From the NCBI GenBank assembly GCA_029564465.1, contig JAKQPY010000075.1, positions 5,814 to 69,813 on the forward strand: DNA of 64,000 nt, written 5' to 3'. Under the pieces are notes generated by a model, which had not been told where the DNA came from, ran no database searches, and saw only the letters and a list, made by a program, of their open reading frames with translations. Below, in pieces: positions 1 to 10,435 of this stretch; within the stretch, counting starts at the first letter, position 1, and each line of letters starts with the position of its first letter. A program made the position numbers and the translations under genes. This DNA comes from Bacteroidota bacterium (GTDB lineage: Bacteria > Bacteroidota > Bacteroidia > Bacteroidales > ML635J-15).

Positions 1-1
1 A

Positions 2-934
2 CAATGGGTTGTTATATATGGCTCTGCTGGATTTAACCCAACTACCGAAGGTACTCAGGTAACTGTTGATGTTACAACAACAACTTTAACTGGATTAGAT
101 GATAATACCGACTATGACGTTTATGTTCAGGCAGTTTGCGGTGCTGAAACCAGTGGTTGGGCCGGTCCAGCCGAATTTACAACTCTACTTCATTGCGATG
201 CAGTGGCTACTTTACCTTTTAGCGAAGATTTTGAAAGTGGTGTTTTCCCTCCTACTTGTTGGAATGTAATAAATACCCACACAGATGCTAACTCTAACTG
301 GCATGAAGCAGCAGCTCAAGAAGGCTTTGGTGCCGAGGTTCAATATACAGATGCTGTAATGATGGACGAATGGCTAATTAGCCCAACATTGGATCTCTCA
401 GCTGCTTCAGGTGATTTGCATATTTCATTCGATTTCATGTGTAGTTATTATTGGATGGTTGATCCATATGATGGAGCTGATTTAATGTTGAAAGCTTCTA
501 CAGACGGTGGTGCAACCTGGACTGAATTATGGAACGAAGAAAACTATGGAACTTTTGAAAACTATACATATTATTCTGTCCTTCTTCCTTTCACTGCTTA
601 TGCTGGTGAAGCCAATGTTAAAATTGCTTTCCAATTCTATGGTAACGATGGTGCTCAAACAATAGTTGATAATATAGTAATTGATTTAGGTACTAATATT
701 GAAAACGAAACTATTAATACGGTTTCTGTTTACCCAAATCCATCAAATGGTTTAGTTAATATCAACGTTACTGAAAATTCTGTAATTTCTGTTATTGATA
801 TTGCTGGCAGAACCGTTAAATCTTTCAATGTTAAAGCTAATGAAGAAGTAAACTTCTCACAATCTGCAGGACTTTATATTATTAAGGTCGAAAGCAATGG
901 TAAAGTTTCTACTCATAAATTGGTTATTCAATAA
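2..934 (+). CDS. Secreted T9SS cargo protein, 5'-truncated by the window edge (FN3-like repeat, choice-of-anchor-J/MAM-like domain, T9SS C-terminal sorting domain)
   Basis: The frame is open from nt 2 (QWVVIYGSAGFNPTTEGTQV...VCGAETSGWAGPAEFTT), so the listed GTG at 203 is internal. It has an 'LPFSEDFESGVFPPTCW' domain. The C-terminus 'VSVYPNPSNGLVNINV...GLYIIKVESNGKVSTHKLVIQ' is a typical Por/T9SS CTD. Confidence 0.8.
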   Translation, partial: QWVVIYGSAGFNPTTEGTQVTVDVTTTTLTGLDDNTDYDVYVQAVCGAETSGWAGPAEFTTLLHCDAVATLPFSEDFESGVFPPTCWNVINTHTDANSNWHEAAAQEGFGAEVQYTDAVMMDEWLISPTLDLSAASGDLHISFDFMCSYYWMVDPYDGADLMLKASTDGGATWTELWNEENYGTFENYTYYSVLLPFTAYAGEANVKIAFQFYGNDGAQTIVDNIVIDLGTNIENETINTVSVYPNPSNGLVNINVTENSVISVIDIAGRTVKSFNVKANEEVNFSQSAGLYIIKVESNGKVSTHKLVIQ

Positions 935-953
935 TTAGTTTAATAGTTTTAAA

Positions 954-979
954 AGAGGTCCTCGTGACCTCTTTTTTTT
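954..979 (+). terminator. Rho-independent terminator after the T9SS cargo gene
   Basis: Stem agaggtc (954-960) pairs with gacctct (966-972), with a 5-nt loop and a T7 run at 973-979. Confidence 0.6.
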
Positions 980-1100
980 ATCTATATGTAGGAAATTTAT
1001 TTGGGGGAATCGCATCCTCTCATTTGACCCCGTTGTTCTTGATTGGATATTCGCGTTTCAAGCTAGAATTCCCTTGTAACAATTCAATTTCACTATAATT

Positions 1101-2177
1101 CTAAACTTTTGCCTTACGGCTCCTGGCTACCCAACGTGGAGCGATAACCGCACCCAACAATAAATAAGGATAATAGGTTACAAAACGCCAAAGTAAGGCC
1201 ATCATCGAAACAAAGCCAACCACTGGCATAAAATCGGCCATGTAGGTGGTAAAAACAGCTTCAACAAAACCACTTCCTCCGGGAGTTGGCATTACCAACA
1301 TCATGATCCACATTACCAACTGTTTTGCGAAAATCAGAAAATGATCACCTGCCGAAAACAACGAACCGGCATCAAGTCCGGGAATGCCAAAAGCAAGGGC
1401 CAGAATTAAAAAATTCAGAACCCAGTATCGCGCTGTCCACGAAAAAAATGTAGCCAAAAAAGCATTAATCCAGAATGTAAACTGTTTTGTTTTAAGTTCA
1501 GCTGATGCCAGTACAATATCTTGTCCAGCCTGATTGGCCGCCTGTCGCCATTTCTTCAGTAATCTAAAACGAAAAACGAACTCAATAAGTTTTTTAACAA
1601 TCTGAGGTCGGATAAAAAGGGCAAAGGCCATAAGTAAAACCCAGAACAATTTAACTCCGTACCCAATCACAGCAAAGTAGAAGAAGCTACTGTTAAACCC
1701 GTCGGCCAGGGTAAACAAACCGGTTTTCGAGAATATCAGAAATAGTACCGGGAACATAAGTGTAAAATACAATTCATCAAGAAAGGAAGTAGCCATCACA
1801 ATAGCTGCCGACTTACCGGCCGAAAATCCCTCTTTCCACAAAAAGTATGTTGCAATGGTGGTTCCACCTACTGCCGAAGGGGTTACCGATGAAGCAAACT
1901 CCCATAACATAATTACATTGAATCCTTGCCTCCAGGTGAGTTTACCATCGGAAAGCACCCTGATACGGACAATGTATCCAAAATCCCTAACCACCATCAT
2001 GCAAAATGCAAAAAACAACATAATTCCGACTCCTGCAGTAAATTGAAGCGCCGAAAACATGCCCGGCTTGTAGTCGCGGATGATAAAATAAACCACCACA
2101 GCCAGACCAATAAGCATAGGCAAAATTATCCTTCCCGGCCTAATCTGCTTCAGTGCTTTGTCGTTTTGCTCAGTCAT
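1101..2177 (-). CDS. Flippase-like / lysylphosphatidylglycerol-synthase transmembrane-domain protein (UPF0104 family)
   Basis: 358-aa polytopic membrane protein. The N-terminus 'KALKQIRPGRIILPMLIGLAVVVYFI' and overall architecture resemble the LPG_synthase_TM family. Confidence 0.6.
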   Translation of the reverse strand: MTEQNDKALKQIRPGRIILPMLIGLAVVVYFIIRDYKPGMFSALQFTAGVGIMLFFAFCMMVVRDFGYIVRIRVLSDGKLTWRQGFNVIMLWEFASSVTPSAVGGTTIATYFLWKEGFSAGKSAAIVMATSFLDELYFTLMFPVLFLIFSKTGLFTLADGFNSSFFYFAVIGYGVKLFWVLLMAFALFIRPQIVKKLIEFVFRFRLLKKWRQAANQAGQDIVLASAELKTKQFTFWINAFLATFFSWTARYWVLNFLILALAFGIPGLDAGSLFSAGDHFLIFAKQLVMWIMMLVMPTPGGSGFVEAVFTTYMADFMPVVGFVSMMALLWRFVTYYPYLLLGAVIAPRWVARSRKAKV

Positions 2178-2249
2178 ATGGAATAAATAACGGAAACATA
2201 ATCTTCAATTGTTAAAAATATGTATTTTTATTGCAAATAATAACATTAA

Positions 2250-2999
2250 ATGAAGTTTATTGCAATAGTACCTGCACGCTATGGCAGCAAACGCTTCCCG
2301 GGCAAGCCTTTAGCAGTGATTAACGGAAAGATTATGGTTCAGCGCGTGTTCGAACAGGCTTCGAATGTGTTCGATATGGTATATGTTGCCACCGAAGACC
2401 AGCGCATTTATGATGCAGTTTTAGGTTTTGGCGGCAAGGTGGTGATGACTTCGAAAAAACACCGGAGTGGAACAGACCGTTGCGCCGAGGCAGTTCAGAC
2501 CATCAGCAACCAAACCGGGGAGTCGTTCGAGATTGTAGTAAATATTCAGGGAGACGAACCGTTTATTCAGGTTGAACAATTGCAGGAGATAAAAAAATGT
2601 TTTCGCAGCAAAAGTGTTCAAATTGCTACCTTGATTAAACCCATCAACAATCAGGAAGATGTATTCAATCCCAATAAACCCAAGGTAGTGATAAACCGTA
2701 AAAACGAAGCCGTATATTTCAGCCGCTCTCCCATTCCATACCTGCAAGGAGTGCGTGAAGCCCGCTGGGTTACCGGGCATCAATACTTTAAACATATTGG
2801 TTTATATGCCTACCGGACCGATGTATTGCAGGAACTTACCCGACTGAAACCCTCAAGCCTCGAAATGGCTGAATCGCTGGAACAATTGCGGTGGATAGAA
2901 AATGGTTACAAAATCCGGGTTGCCTTCACCGAACACGAAAGCATTTCGGTTGATACTCCAAAAGACCTCGAAAAAATCCGTCAAATAGGACTTATCTGA
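2250..2999 (+). CDS. kdsB: 3-deoxy-manno-octulosonate cytidylyltransferase (CMP-KDO synthetase)
   Basis: 'MKFIAIVPARYGSKRFPGKPLAVINGKIMVQRV', 'NIQGDEPFI' and 'HIGLYAYR' are hallmark KdsB motifs. Confidence 0.92.
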   Translation: MKFIAIVPARYGSKRFPGKPLAVINGKIMVQRVFEQASNVFDMVYVATEDQRIYDAVLGFGGKVVMTSKKHRSGTDRCAEAVQTISNQTGESFEIVVNIQGDEPFIQVEQLQEIKKCFRSKSVQIATLIKPINNQEDVFNPNKPKVVINRKNEAVYFSRSPIPYLQGVREARWVTGHQYFKHIGLYAYRTDVLQELTRLKPSSLEMAESLEQLRWIENGYKIRVAFTEHESISVDTPKDLEKIRQIGLI

Positions 3000-4123
3000 T
3001 GAATATTGCCATAAATACCCGCCTGGTTTTAAAAAACCGGCTCGAAGGTATCGGCTGGTTTACTTACGAAACGGTAGGCCGCATGGCCCGCAATCATCCT
3101 GAGCACAACTTCATTTTTATTTTCGACAGACCGGTCGACCCCGGTTTTGTTTTCTCCGATAATGTAAAAACTGTAGTTGCCGGTCCACCAACGCGCCACC
3201 CTGTGTTATGGTATATCTGGTTCGAATGGGTAATTCCCCGTATACTCCGAAAGCACAAGGCCGATTTGTTCATTTCGCCCGACGGATATGCATCGCTGCG
3301 CACCCGGGTGCCAACCATCACTGTGATTCATGATTTAAATTATGTGTATCACCCCGAATACCTGCCCAAGCTGGCTGCCCGCTATTTCAACTACTTCATT
3401 CCTCGCTACGCATCCAGGTCGAAAAGAATAGGGACGGTGTCGGAATATTCACGTCAGGATATTGCAGCGGTTTATCAGATAAATCCCGATATTATCGATG
3501 TATATTATAATGGTGCCAATGATTTGTATCAACCGGTAAGTGAAACAATTAAATCCGAAATACGGACGAACTACACACAGGGGAAAGACTATTTTATTTT
3601 TGTTGGGGCACTGAGCCCCCGCAAAAACATCCCCGGTCTGCTCAAGGCCTATGATATTTACCGTGTAAATGGAGGCACCAGGCTCTTGCTGATCGTTGGC
3701 GATGCCATGCATAAAACAGGGGAAATAGATCTGTGTATGCAACAGATGCAATTTGCAGGGGATGTGCTGTTCAGCGGACGGCTACGCGTTGAAGAGCTGA
3801 GCCGGGTAATGGCTTCGGCCAGTGCACTGGTTATGGTACCTTTCTTCGAAGGGTTTGGAATCCCCCTGGTCGAAGCCATGTATTGCGATGTTCCGGTAAT
3901 TTGCAGCAACACCACATCATTGCCCGAAGTTGTGGGCGATGCTGCGCTCATGTGTGACCCAAACGACCACGAAAGCATTGCTTCAAATATGGGTAAGCTG
4001 GAATCAGACGAAACTTTGCGTATGCAACTGATTGCAAATGGCCGGATTCAACGTACCCGTTTCTCCTGGGATAAATCGGCAGAGCGTTTGTGGATGTCGG
4101 TCGAAAAAGTATTGTCACTATAA
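2999..4123 (+). CDS. Glycosyltransferase family 4 (GT-B fold)
   Basis: The C-terminal 'FEGFGIPLVEAMYCDVPVICSNTTSLPEVVGDAAL' is the E-x7-E region of GT4 enzymes. Its start overlaps the kdsB stop (ATGA). Confidence 0.85.
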   Translation: MNIAINTRLVLKNRLEGIGWFTYETVGRMARNHPEHNFIFIFDRPVDPGFVFSDNVKTVVAGPPTRHPVLWYIWFEWVIPRILRKHKADLFISPDGYASLRTRVPTITVIHDLNYVYHPEYLPKLAARYFNYFIPRYASRSKRIGTVSEYSRQDIAAVYQINPDIIDVYYNGANDLYQPVSETIKSEIRTNYTQGKDYFIFVGALSPRKNIPGLLKAYDIYRVNGGTRLLLIVGDAMHKTGEIDLCMQQMQFAGDVLFSGRLRVEELSRVMASASALVMVPFFEGFGIPLVEAMYCDVPVICSNTTSLPEVVGDAALMCDPNDHESIASNMGKLESDETLRMQLIANGRIQRTRFSWDKSAERLWMSVEKVLSL

Positions 4124-4125
4124 GT

Positions 4126-4725
4126 ATGTTGTTGCCCTTCAAAAACAACGATGTAACAGAGGCCGGTTGCGATGAAGCAGGACGGGGCTGTCTGGCCGGC
4201 CCGGTGTTTGCCGCTGCTGTAATATTACCACAGAATTTCTGCAACGAAATGCTCAACGACTCCAAAAAGCTTAATCTCCGCCAGCGCACAGAGCTTCGCC
4301 GCATTATCGAAAACGAAGCCCTGAGCTTTGCAGTAGCCGAAGTGTCGAATCTGAGAATCGACGAGATTAACATTCTAAATGCTTCCATCGAAGCCATGCA
4401 CATAGCTCTAAATAAGCTTAAGCTGCTACCCGGGCACATCCTTGTCGATGGAAACCGTTTTAAAAAATACAAGGATATACCTCACACCTGCGTGGTAAAA
4501 GGCGATGGCATGTATATGTCGATTGCAGCAGCTTCGGTACTCGCAAAAACATACCGCGACGATTTCATGGAAAAGCTGCACGAAGAATTTCCTCATTACT
4601 GTTGGAACCGCAACAAAGGCTACCCCACCGCCGATCACCGCCGTGCCATCGAAAAAATCGGACCCACTCACTGGCACCGCCTGAGCTTCAAACTCACCGA
4701 ACCACAACTGAAATTTGATTTCTGA
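4126..4725 (+). CDS. rnhB: Ribonuclease HII
   Basis: 'AGCDEAGRGCLAGPVFAAAVIL', 'DSKKL' and 'ASVLAK' motifs. I chose the ATG at 4126, 3 nt after the GT4 stop, over the overlapping 4090 start. Confidence 0.92.
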   Translation: MLLPFKNNDVTEAGCDEAGRGCLAGPVFAAAVILPQNFCNEMLNDSKKLNLRQRTELRRIIENEALSFAVAEVSNLRIDEINILNASIEAMHIALNKLKLLPGHILVDGNRFKKYKDIPHTCVVKGDGMYMSIAAASVLAKTYRDDFMEKLHEEFPHYCWNRNKGYPTADHRRAIEKIGPTHWHRLSFKLTEPQLKFDF

Positions 4726-4880
4726 CGAAAATTGATTTAATATCAGTAAGCCAGTCATCCAGCGGGTCATCGATCGAAGTCGTGATGCAGCCGCAACACA
4801 AGACTGGTATTAATCATAAGCTGCCCCCGACACCAAAACCCAAACTGCCCGCTTTTACTATCTTTGCAAAAACAACAACC

Positions 4881-5732
4881 ATGACCCGTCGTCAGCTTTT
4901 CCGGCAATTCACTCAGGCACTCAGCCAGCTTTATCCTGCTCCCGAGGCCGAATCGCTGGCTGGTCTTGCCCTCAGGCACGCTGCCCAAACCGATACCTTG
5001 CAATGGCATCTCGGCTACGATCAGGATCCCGGCGAGGCCGAACAGATACGTGCCAACCAAATCCTTCAACGACTGCTGCAACACGAGCCATTACAGTATA
5101 TCACCGGTGAAACATGGTTTTGTGGATTGCGTTTTTCGGTCAACCCTTCGGTGCTTATCCCACGCCCCGAAACCGAGATGCTCACCGACCGTATTATCAG
5201 CGAAAACAAAAATACCCCCAATCTGGTGATTGCCGATATTGGCACCGGTTCAGGCTGCATCGCCATCAGCATGGCAAAACTACTTACCCAAAGCCGGGTA
5301 CATGCCTTCGACCTGTCGGAGGCTGCCCTGAGCACCGCCCGTTCCAATGCCATCGCACAGGGTGTCGAAGTAAATTTTTATACTTTGGATATTCTTCGCG
5401 ATTCACTCTCGAAGCACCTGTCCACTGCCGGCATCATCGTCAGTAACCCGCCTTATGTTCTTGAGTCCGATAAACCTGCCATGCTGCCCAACGTACTCAG
5501 CTACGAACCCCATGAGGCACTCTTTGTCCCCGACAACAACCCATTGCTTTTCTACCACGCCATTGCCAGCCAGGCATTCCAAATCCTCCGCTCCGGTGGC
5601 CGCCTCTATTTCGAAATACACGAAACACAAGGCCAAAACTTAATCGAAATGCTACACCAAATGGGCTACACCAACATTCTCCTTTCTCCCGACTTCAACA
5701 ACAAACACCGCTTCATCTCCGCCTCAAAATAG
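4881..5732 (+). CDS. prmC: Release-factor glutamine N5-methyltransferase (HemK/PrmC)
   Basis: 'LIPRPETE', the 'DIGTGSGCIAI' SAM motif and the 'IVSNPPY' catalytic motif. The N-terminal 33 residues of the listed ORF are proline-rich and non-homologous, so the ATG at 4881 is preferred. Confidence 0.88.
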   Translation: MTRRQLFRQFTQALSQLYPAPEAESLAGLALRHAAQTDTLQWHLGYDQDPGEAEQIRANQILQRLLQHEPLQYITGETWFCGLRFSVNPSVLIPRPETEMLTDRIISENKNTPNLVIADIGTGSGCIAISMAKLLTQSRVHAFDLSEAALSTARSNAIAQGVEVNFYTLDILRDSLSKHLSTAGIIVSNPPYVLESDKPAMLPNVLSYEPHEALFVPDNNPLLFYHAIASQAFQILRSGGRLYFEIHETQGQNLIEMLHQMGYTNILLSPDFNNKHRFISASK

Positions 5733-5857
5733 CCCTGCACCCGCTTTCCCAAACTTCCCGGCTTTGTAAAAGCTAATCCCTTAAAACTTTTACTTTTCTG
5801 CCACCCCCCGCTCGCGCGGATTTGCAATCTGAGCGCAAACAATTGACACACTTTTTT

Positions 5858-6126
5858 GAACATTCTCGTCTTAGCGCTGAACATTCTTGCTTTAGCACTG
5901 AACATTCTTGCTTTAGCATCGAACATTCTCGTCTTAGCGTAGAACATTCTCGTCATAGCGCTGAACATTCTCGCCTTAGCGCTGAACATTCTTGCTTTAG
6001 CACTGAACATTCTTGCTTTAGCGCTGAACATTCTTGCTTTAGCGTCGAATATTCTTGCTTTAGCACTGAACATTCTTGCTTTAGCGTCGAACATTCTCGT
6101 TTTAGCGCTGAACATTCTTGCTTTAG
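5858..6126. repeat. Tandem array of a 21-bp unit (12 full copies plus one 17-nt partial), consensus GAACATTCTTGCTTTAGCGCT
   Basis: Direct reading shows units starting at 5858, 5879, 5900 ... 6110 with an exact 21-nt phase. The copies are degenerate (cgtc/tgct, gcact/gcgct/gcgtc). Confidence 0.95.
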
Positions 6127-6158
6127 AATTTACCACCACCGTCATGGCGTTCGTTTTT

Positions 6159-6189
6159 TTTGAACCAGCCATCAAAAAGACTATATTTG
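6159..6189 (+). promoter_or_regulatory. Candidate Bacteroidota sigma-A promoter (-33 TTTG, -7 TATATTTG) for the lipoprotein gene at 6215
   Basis: TTTG at 6159-6162 and TATATTTG at 6182-6189 are separated by 19 nt, and the box ends 25 nt before the ATG. This matches the TTTG / TAnnTTTG consensus known for Bacteroides promoters. Confidence 0.4.
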
Positions 6190-6214
6190 TACAAGCAACA
6201 AAACCCCTGACAAA

Positions 6215-6907
6215 ATGAAAAGACACCATTTCATCCCAGTTATTCTCCTCATCGCTTTCCTCAGTGCCCTCACCGCCTGCGAAACCGAAAGCCAGCAGGA
6301 CGTTAATCAAGACCGCATTTATGTGTACTACGAGCTATACTACAATGCCGATCAGGACATAACCTACGCCAAAGCCTCCTTCCGGTTTGGCAGCATCACC
6401 GGCACCATACTTCAGCTCTCAGGCCACAGCTACGTGAAATTCAACGATGCCTACCTTACCTACAAGCCGGTGTTGGCTTACTACGAAGCCACTTTTCCCG
6501 GCCTTGTCACCGAAGGCGACTTCCGCTATATCGACCTCGACAGCACCATATTCGTCAACCACGCCACGCTCCACCCGGTCGATCTGGCCGAAACACTCGA
6601 CACCATCCACAAAGGCCATGTATACGAACTGCCTTTCGATGGCGATTCAATCCGTGCCGACGAAACCGTCACAGCCTTCATCAACTCCACGCTTGGCACC
6701 GATCTCCAGACCTTCTCCCAATCGAACCTGCTTACCGTTAGCGTACTCATGCCCGCCGACCGCACACTGGAAATCACCCCGGGCATAAACACCATCTATG
6801 TACGCCGCAATTACCTGAACCCGGTAGCGCAAGCCAGTTCTGCCGGTGCCGAAATTCATTCCATCTATCAGTCGCACGCCCGTCAGATATACGTAAAATC
6901 CGAGTAA
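6215..6907 (+). CDS. Hypothetical lipoprotein
   Basis: Signal peptide plus lipobox 'LLIAFLSALTAC'. I recognise no other motif. Confidence 0.6.
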   Translation: MKRHHFIPVILLIAFLSALTACETESQQDVNQDRIYVYYELYYNADQDITYAKASFRFGSITGTILQLSGHSYVKFNDAYLTYKPVLAYYEATFPGLVTEGDFRYIDLDSTIFVNHATLHPVDLAETLDTIHKGHVYELPFDGDSIRADETVTAFINSTLGTDLQTFSQSNLLTVSVLMPADRTLEITPGINTIYVRRNYLNPVAQASSAGAEIHSIYQSHARQIYVKSE

Positions 6908-6997
6908 GCCCATTTTTGCCAAAAGATGTTAACACCTGCCAAAAATCACGGCAGAAAAAACTATTTTTAAGCCGCATTTAAAAACAGGTGATTCCCA

Positions 6998-9604
6998 ATG
7001 GCGCAAACCGACGAAACCCCGTTGATGAAGCAGTACTACAGCATCAAGGCCAAACACCCCGATGCCATTCTGCTCTTTAGAGTCGGCGATTTCTACGAAA
7101 CTTTCGAAGAAGATGCCCGGCGCGCTTCGTCAATCCTTGGGATCACACTCACCAAACGAGCCAATGGGGCCGCTTCTTATGTCGATTTGGCAGGCTTTCC
7201 CTACCACGCCCTCGACACCTACCTGCCCAAACTCGTAAGAGCCGGCATGCGTGTGGCCATCTGCGAGCAACTCGAAGACCCCAAACAGACAAAAACCATT
7301 GTCCGTCGTGGTATCACCGAACTCGTTACACCCGGTGTGGCCCTCAACGATCAGATACTCGAAAACAAGGAAAATAACTTCCTTGCCAGCGTCTATATCG
7401 ATAAAAAGAATATCGGTGTCGCTTTTCTCGACATATCAACCGGCGAATTCCTTCTATCGCAGGGCGAACCCGAATATATTGACAAGCTGCTTCAAAGTTT
7501 CCGACCCAAGGAAGTCCTTTACGAAAGGCAATACAAAGAACAATTCCTTCAGCACTTCGGGACACGACACACCATTTTCCCCCTCGACGACTGGGTTTTC
7601 ACCGAGGAAAATGCCAACGAACGCCTGCTTAACCATTTCAGGGTAAAAAACCTGAAAGGCTTTGGCGTTCACGAAATGATCCACGGGGTAGTGGCTGCCG
7701 GAGCCATTCTCAACTATCTCCTTATCACCGAGCACCGTAATATTGGCCACATTAATGGCTTGTCGCGCATCGACCGTGACCAGTACGTATGGCTCGATAA
7801 GTTCACCGTTCGCAATCTCGAATTGCTGAATAGCATGAGCGAAGGCGGCAAGTCGCTCCTCGACATTCTCGATCGTACTACCAGTCCCATGGGAGGCCGT
7901 CTGCTGCGACGCTGGATAAGCCTTCCGCTGGTAAATCGCGCCAAAATCAACGACCGCCTCGATGTGGTGGAATTTCTGCTGCTCAACAAGCCGGTTGCCG
8001 AAGAGCTTAAAGCGGGCATTTCGAATGTGGGCGATCTCGAACGACTCATCTCCAAAGTGGCAGCCATACGGGTGAATCCCCGCGAGATGGTGCAGCTCAA
8101 GCACTCGCTTCATGCAGTAGCACGCGTAAAAGAAAGCGCTGCAATGGCCGGTAATGCCATTCTAACCCGGGTAGCCGACCAGTTAAACCCCTGTGCCGAT
8201 ATTTGCCGTCGCCTCGAAGCCGAACTCATCGAAGACGCTCCCAACCTTATAGCCAAAGGCAACGTTATTGCGCCCGGCGTTTCCGCTGAGCTCGACGAAC
8301 TTCGTCACATCACCGGTTCCGGAAAAGAATACCTCATCGAAATGCAACAGCGTGAAATCGAAAACACGGGTATCTCTTCGCTACGCATCGGTTTCAACAA
8401 TGTGTTCGGTTATTACTTCGAAGTGCGCAACACGCACAAAGACAAAGTTCCCGAAACATGGATCCGCAAGCAGACGCTCGTCAGTGCCGAACGATACATC
8501 ACCGAAGAACTTAAAGAATACGAAAGTAAAATTTTAGGTGCCGAAGAAAAAATTTCCGTAATCGAGCAACGCCTTTTCAACGACCTTGTACTGAGCATGG
8601 GCGATTATATCAGCACCATTCAGCTCAATGCCAATCATATAGCGTTAATCGACTGTCTGTTGTCGTTTGCTCAGGTTGCCGGACAAAACAACTACATCAA
8701 ACCCGGAATCGACGAATCTCGCATCATCGACATTCGTGATGGCCGCCATCCCGTCATCGAAAAACAACTTGCTCCGGGGGATGCCTACATCACCAACGAT
8801 GTCTATCTCGACCCCGATGAGCAGCAAATTATGATGATTACCGGCCCCAACATGTCGGGAAAATCTGCATTACTCAGGCAATCGGCTCTGATTTGCCTTA
8901 TGGCACAAATGGGCAGCTTCGTGCCCGCAGCTTCGGCTAATCTAGGCATTGTCGATAAAATATTTACACGCGTAGGTGCATCCGACAATATTTCGATGGG
9001 AGAATCAACCTTTATGGTCGAAATGAACGAAGCAGCAAGCATCCTCAACAACCTGTCGGACCGCAGTCTCGTACTCCTCGACGAAATAGGGCGCGGCACC
9101 AGCACTTACGATGGGGTGAGCATTGCCTGGGCTATTGCCGAATACCTGCACGAAAACCCTAAAGCCCGCGCCAAAACACTGTTTGCTACCCACTACCATG
9201 AGCTCAATGAGATGGAAAAAACCTTTCGTCGCATCAAAAACTTTAACGTTTCGGTAAAAGAAACCGGCGACAAGGTAATCTTTATGCGTAAACTAAAACC
9301 CGGGGGCAGCAACCACAGCTTTGGTATTCATGTGGCTGAAATGGCGGGAATGCCACCATCGGTTATCGACAGGGCAAGGCAGATATTATCGCAACTCGAA
9401 GGCAGCCGCGATCAAAGCCAGTTGAGCAAACCCACCGAAAAAATCGCAAAAACACGCGAAGGCTATCAGCTTAGCTTCTTCCAACTCGAAGACCCAGTGC
9501 TCAAACAAATCCGCGACGAAATTAAAAATCTCGACATCAACGCCCTCACACCCCTCGAAGCCCTCAACAAACTCAACGAGATTAAAAAACTGAGTGGGTT
9601 ATAG
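6998..9604 (+). CDS. mutS: DNA mismatch repair protein MutS
   Basis: '[30 protein letters not shown]', Walker A '[15 protein letters not shown]', and 'STFMVEMNE...[14 protein letters not shown]'. Confidence 0.97.
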   Translation: MAQTDETPLMKQYYSIKAKHPDAILLFRVGDFYETFEEDARRASSILGITLTKRANGAASYVDLAGFPYHALDTYLPKLVRAGMRVAICEQLEDPKQTKTIVRRGITELVTPGVALNDQILENKENNFLASVYIDKKNIGVAFLDISTGEFLLSQGEPEYIDKLLQSFRPKEVLYERQYKEQFLQHFGTRHTIFPLDDWVFTEENANERLLNHFRVKNLKGFGVHEMIHGVVAAGAILNYLLITEHRNIGHINGLSRIDRDQYVWLDKFTVRNLELLNSMSEGGKSLLDILDRTTSPMGGRLLRRWISLPLVNRAKINDRLDVVEFLLLNKPVAEELKAGISNVGDLERLISKVAAIRVNPREMVQLKHSLHAVARVKESAAMAGNAILTRVADQLNPCADICRRLEAELIEDAPNLIAKGNVIAPGVSAELDELRHITGSGKEYLIEMQQREIENTGISSLRIGFNNVFGYYFEVRNTHKDKVPETWIRKQTLVSAERYITEELKEYESKILGAEEKISVIEQRLFNDLVLSMGDYISTIQLNANHIALIDCLLSFAQVAGQNNYIKPGIDESRIIDIRDGRHPVIEKQLAPGDAYITNDVYLDPDEQQIMMITGPNMSGKSALLRQSALICLMAQMGSFVPAASANLGIVDKIFTRVGASDNISMGESTFMVEMNEAASILNNLSDRSLVLLDEIGRGTSTYDGVSIAWAIAEYLHENPKARAKTLFATHYHELNEMEKTFRRIKNFNVSVKETGDKVIFMRKLKPGGSNHSFGIHVAEMAGMPPSVIDRARQILSQLEGSRDQSQLSKPTEKIAKTREGYQLSFFQLEDPVLKQIRDEIKNLDINALTPLEALNKLNEIKKLSGL

Positions 9605-9630
9605 ATTTTATTGGCGTATTACCAATTCTT

Positions 9631-10431
9631 TTATTTCAAGAACTCCAGCATCTCCTTCACTACCAGTTCGGGTTGCTCGGCATGCATCCAGTGGCCTGCT
9701 TCGGCAATATCGCGAACGCTCACATTTCCAAAGATAAAACGAATGAGCTTTTCGTCGCTGTGGGGCAGATAATCGGATTTTGTTCCCCTCAGAAATAATG
9801 TAGGGACATTAATCTTATGATCAATAAAATCATCCGGATTAAGCCCGCTGCCAATTTCGGGCAGGTTATTCATCAGGGCTTCAAGGTTTATACGCCACTG
9901 CAATTTGCCATGTTGCTTTTCCACATTTTTCAGCATAAACTGCACCAGACGCCGGCTTTCGATTCCCCGGCTCAGAATCGCTTCGGCTTCCAGCAGGTTT
10001 GTGGCCTGCTCAATGCCCGAATTTATCAGAAAACTCATCAGGTTTAAATGAAACAACGAATGTTCCGACACATCGGTAAGTTGGTGATAGCTGCGCGGGG
10101 AAATGTCGAGTACAATCAGTTTTTCGAGCCTTTCGGGAAATCGCGAAGCAAAAAACATAGCGGTTTTACCTCCCATCGAATGACCTGCCAGCGAAAAGCT
10201 TTCGATATGCTCCTTATTGGCATATTCCAGCAAATCGTCCGTCATTGCCCTGTAACTATGATCGTAGTGATGCGCCGACTTTCCGTGATTGCGCTGGTCG
10301 GGCAGATGCACTGTAAATTCCGACGACAATGCCGAGGCAATACTCAACCAGTTATCGCCACTACCATATAAACCATGCAGTACAATCAGGTGCCGCGATG
10401 CATTGCCCTTTTTTCTGGCATATAGCTCCAT
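9631..10431 (-). CDS. Alpha/beta-fold hydrolase
   Basis: 'LIVLHGLYGSGDNW', the nucleophile elbow 'GHSMGG' and a C-terminal 'AGHWMHAEQPE'. Confidence 0.8.
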   Translation of the reverse strand: MELYARKKGNASRHLIVLHGLYGSGDNWLSIASALSSEFTVHLPDQRNHGKSAHHYDHSYRAMTDDLLEYANKEHIESFSLAGHSMGGKTAMFFASRFPERLEKLIVLDISPRSYHQLTDVSEHSLFHLNLMSFLINSGIEQATNLLEAEAILSRGIESRRLVQFMLKNVEKQHGKLQWRINLEALMNNLPEIGSGLNPDDFIDHKINVPTLFLRGTKSDYLPHSDEKLIRFIFGNVSVRDIAEAGHWMHAEQPELVVKEMLEFLK

Positions 10432-10435
10432 GTTG

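Noticed and set aside
5858-6126. Possible CRISPR array.
   Set aside because: The units are contiguous with no unique spacers, the repeat is 21 nt and degenerate, and there are no cas genes in the window.
5666-6310. A 214-aa minus-strand ORF (ARMFSAK heptad repeats) and the 113-aa plus-strand ORF at 5822-6163 (EHSCFST repeats).
   Set aside because: Both are by-products of the stop-free 21-nt (7-codon) tandem array. They are open on both strands, overlap the ends of real flanking genes, and have no signal or start context. I treat them as non-coding unless peptide evidence appears.
7454-8113. A 219-aa minus-strand ORF.
   Set aside because: It is antisense to mutS.
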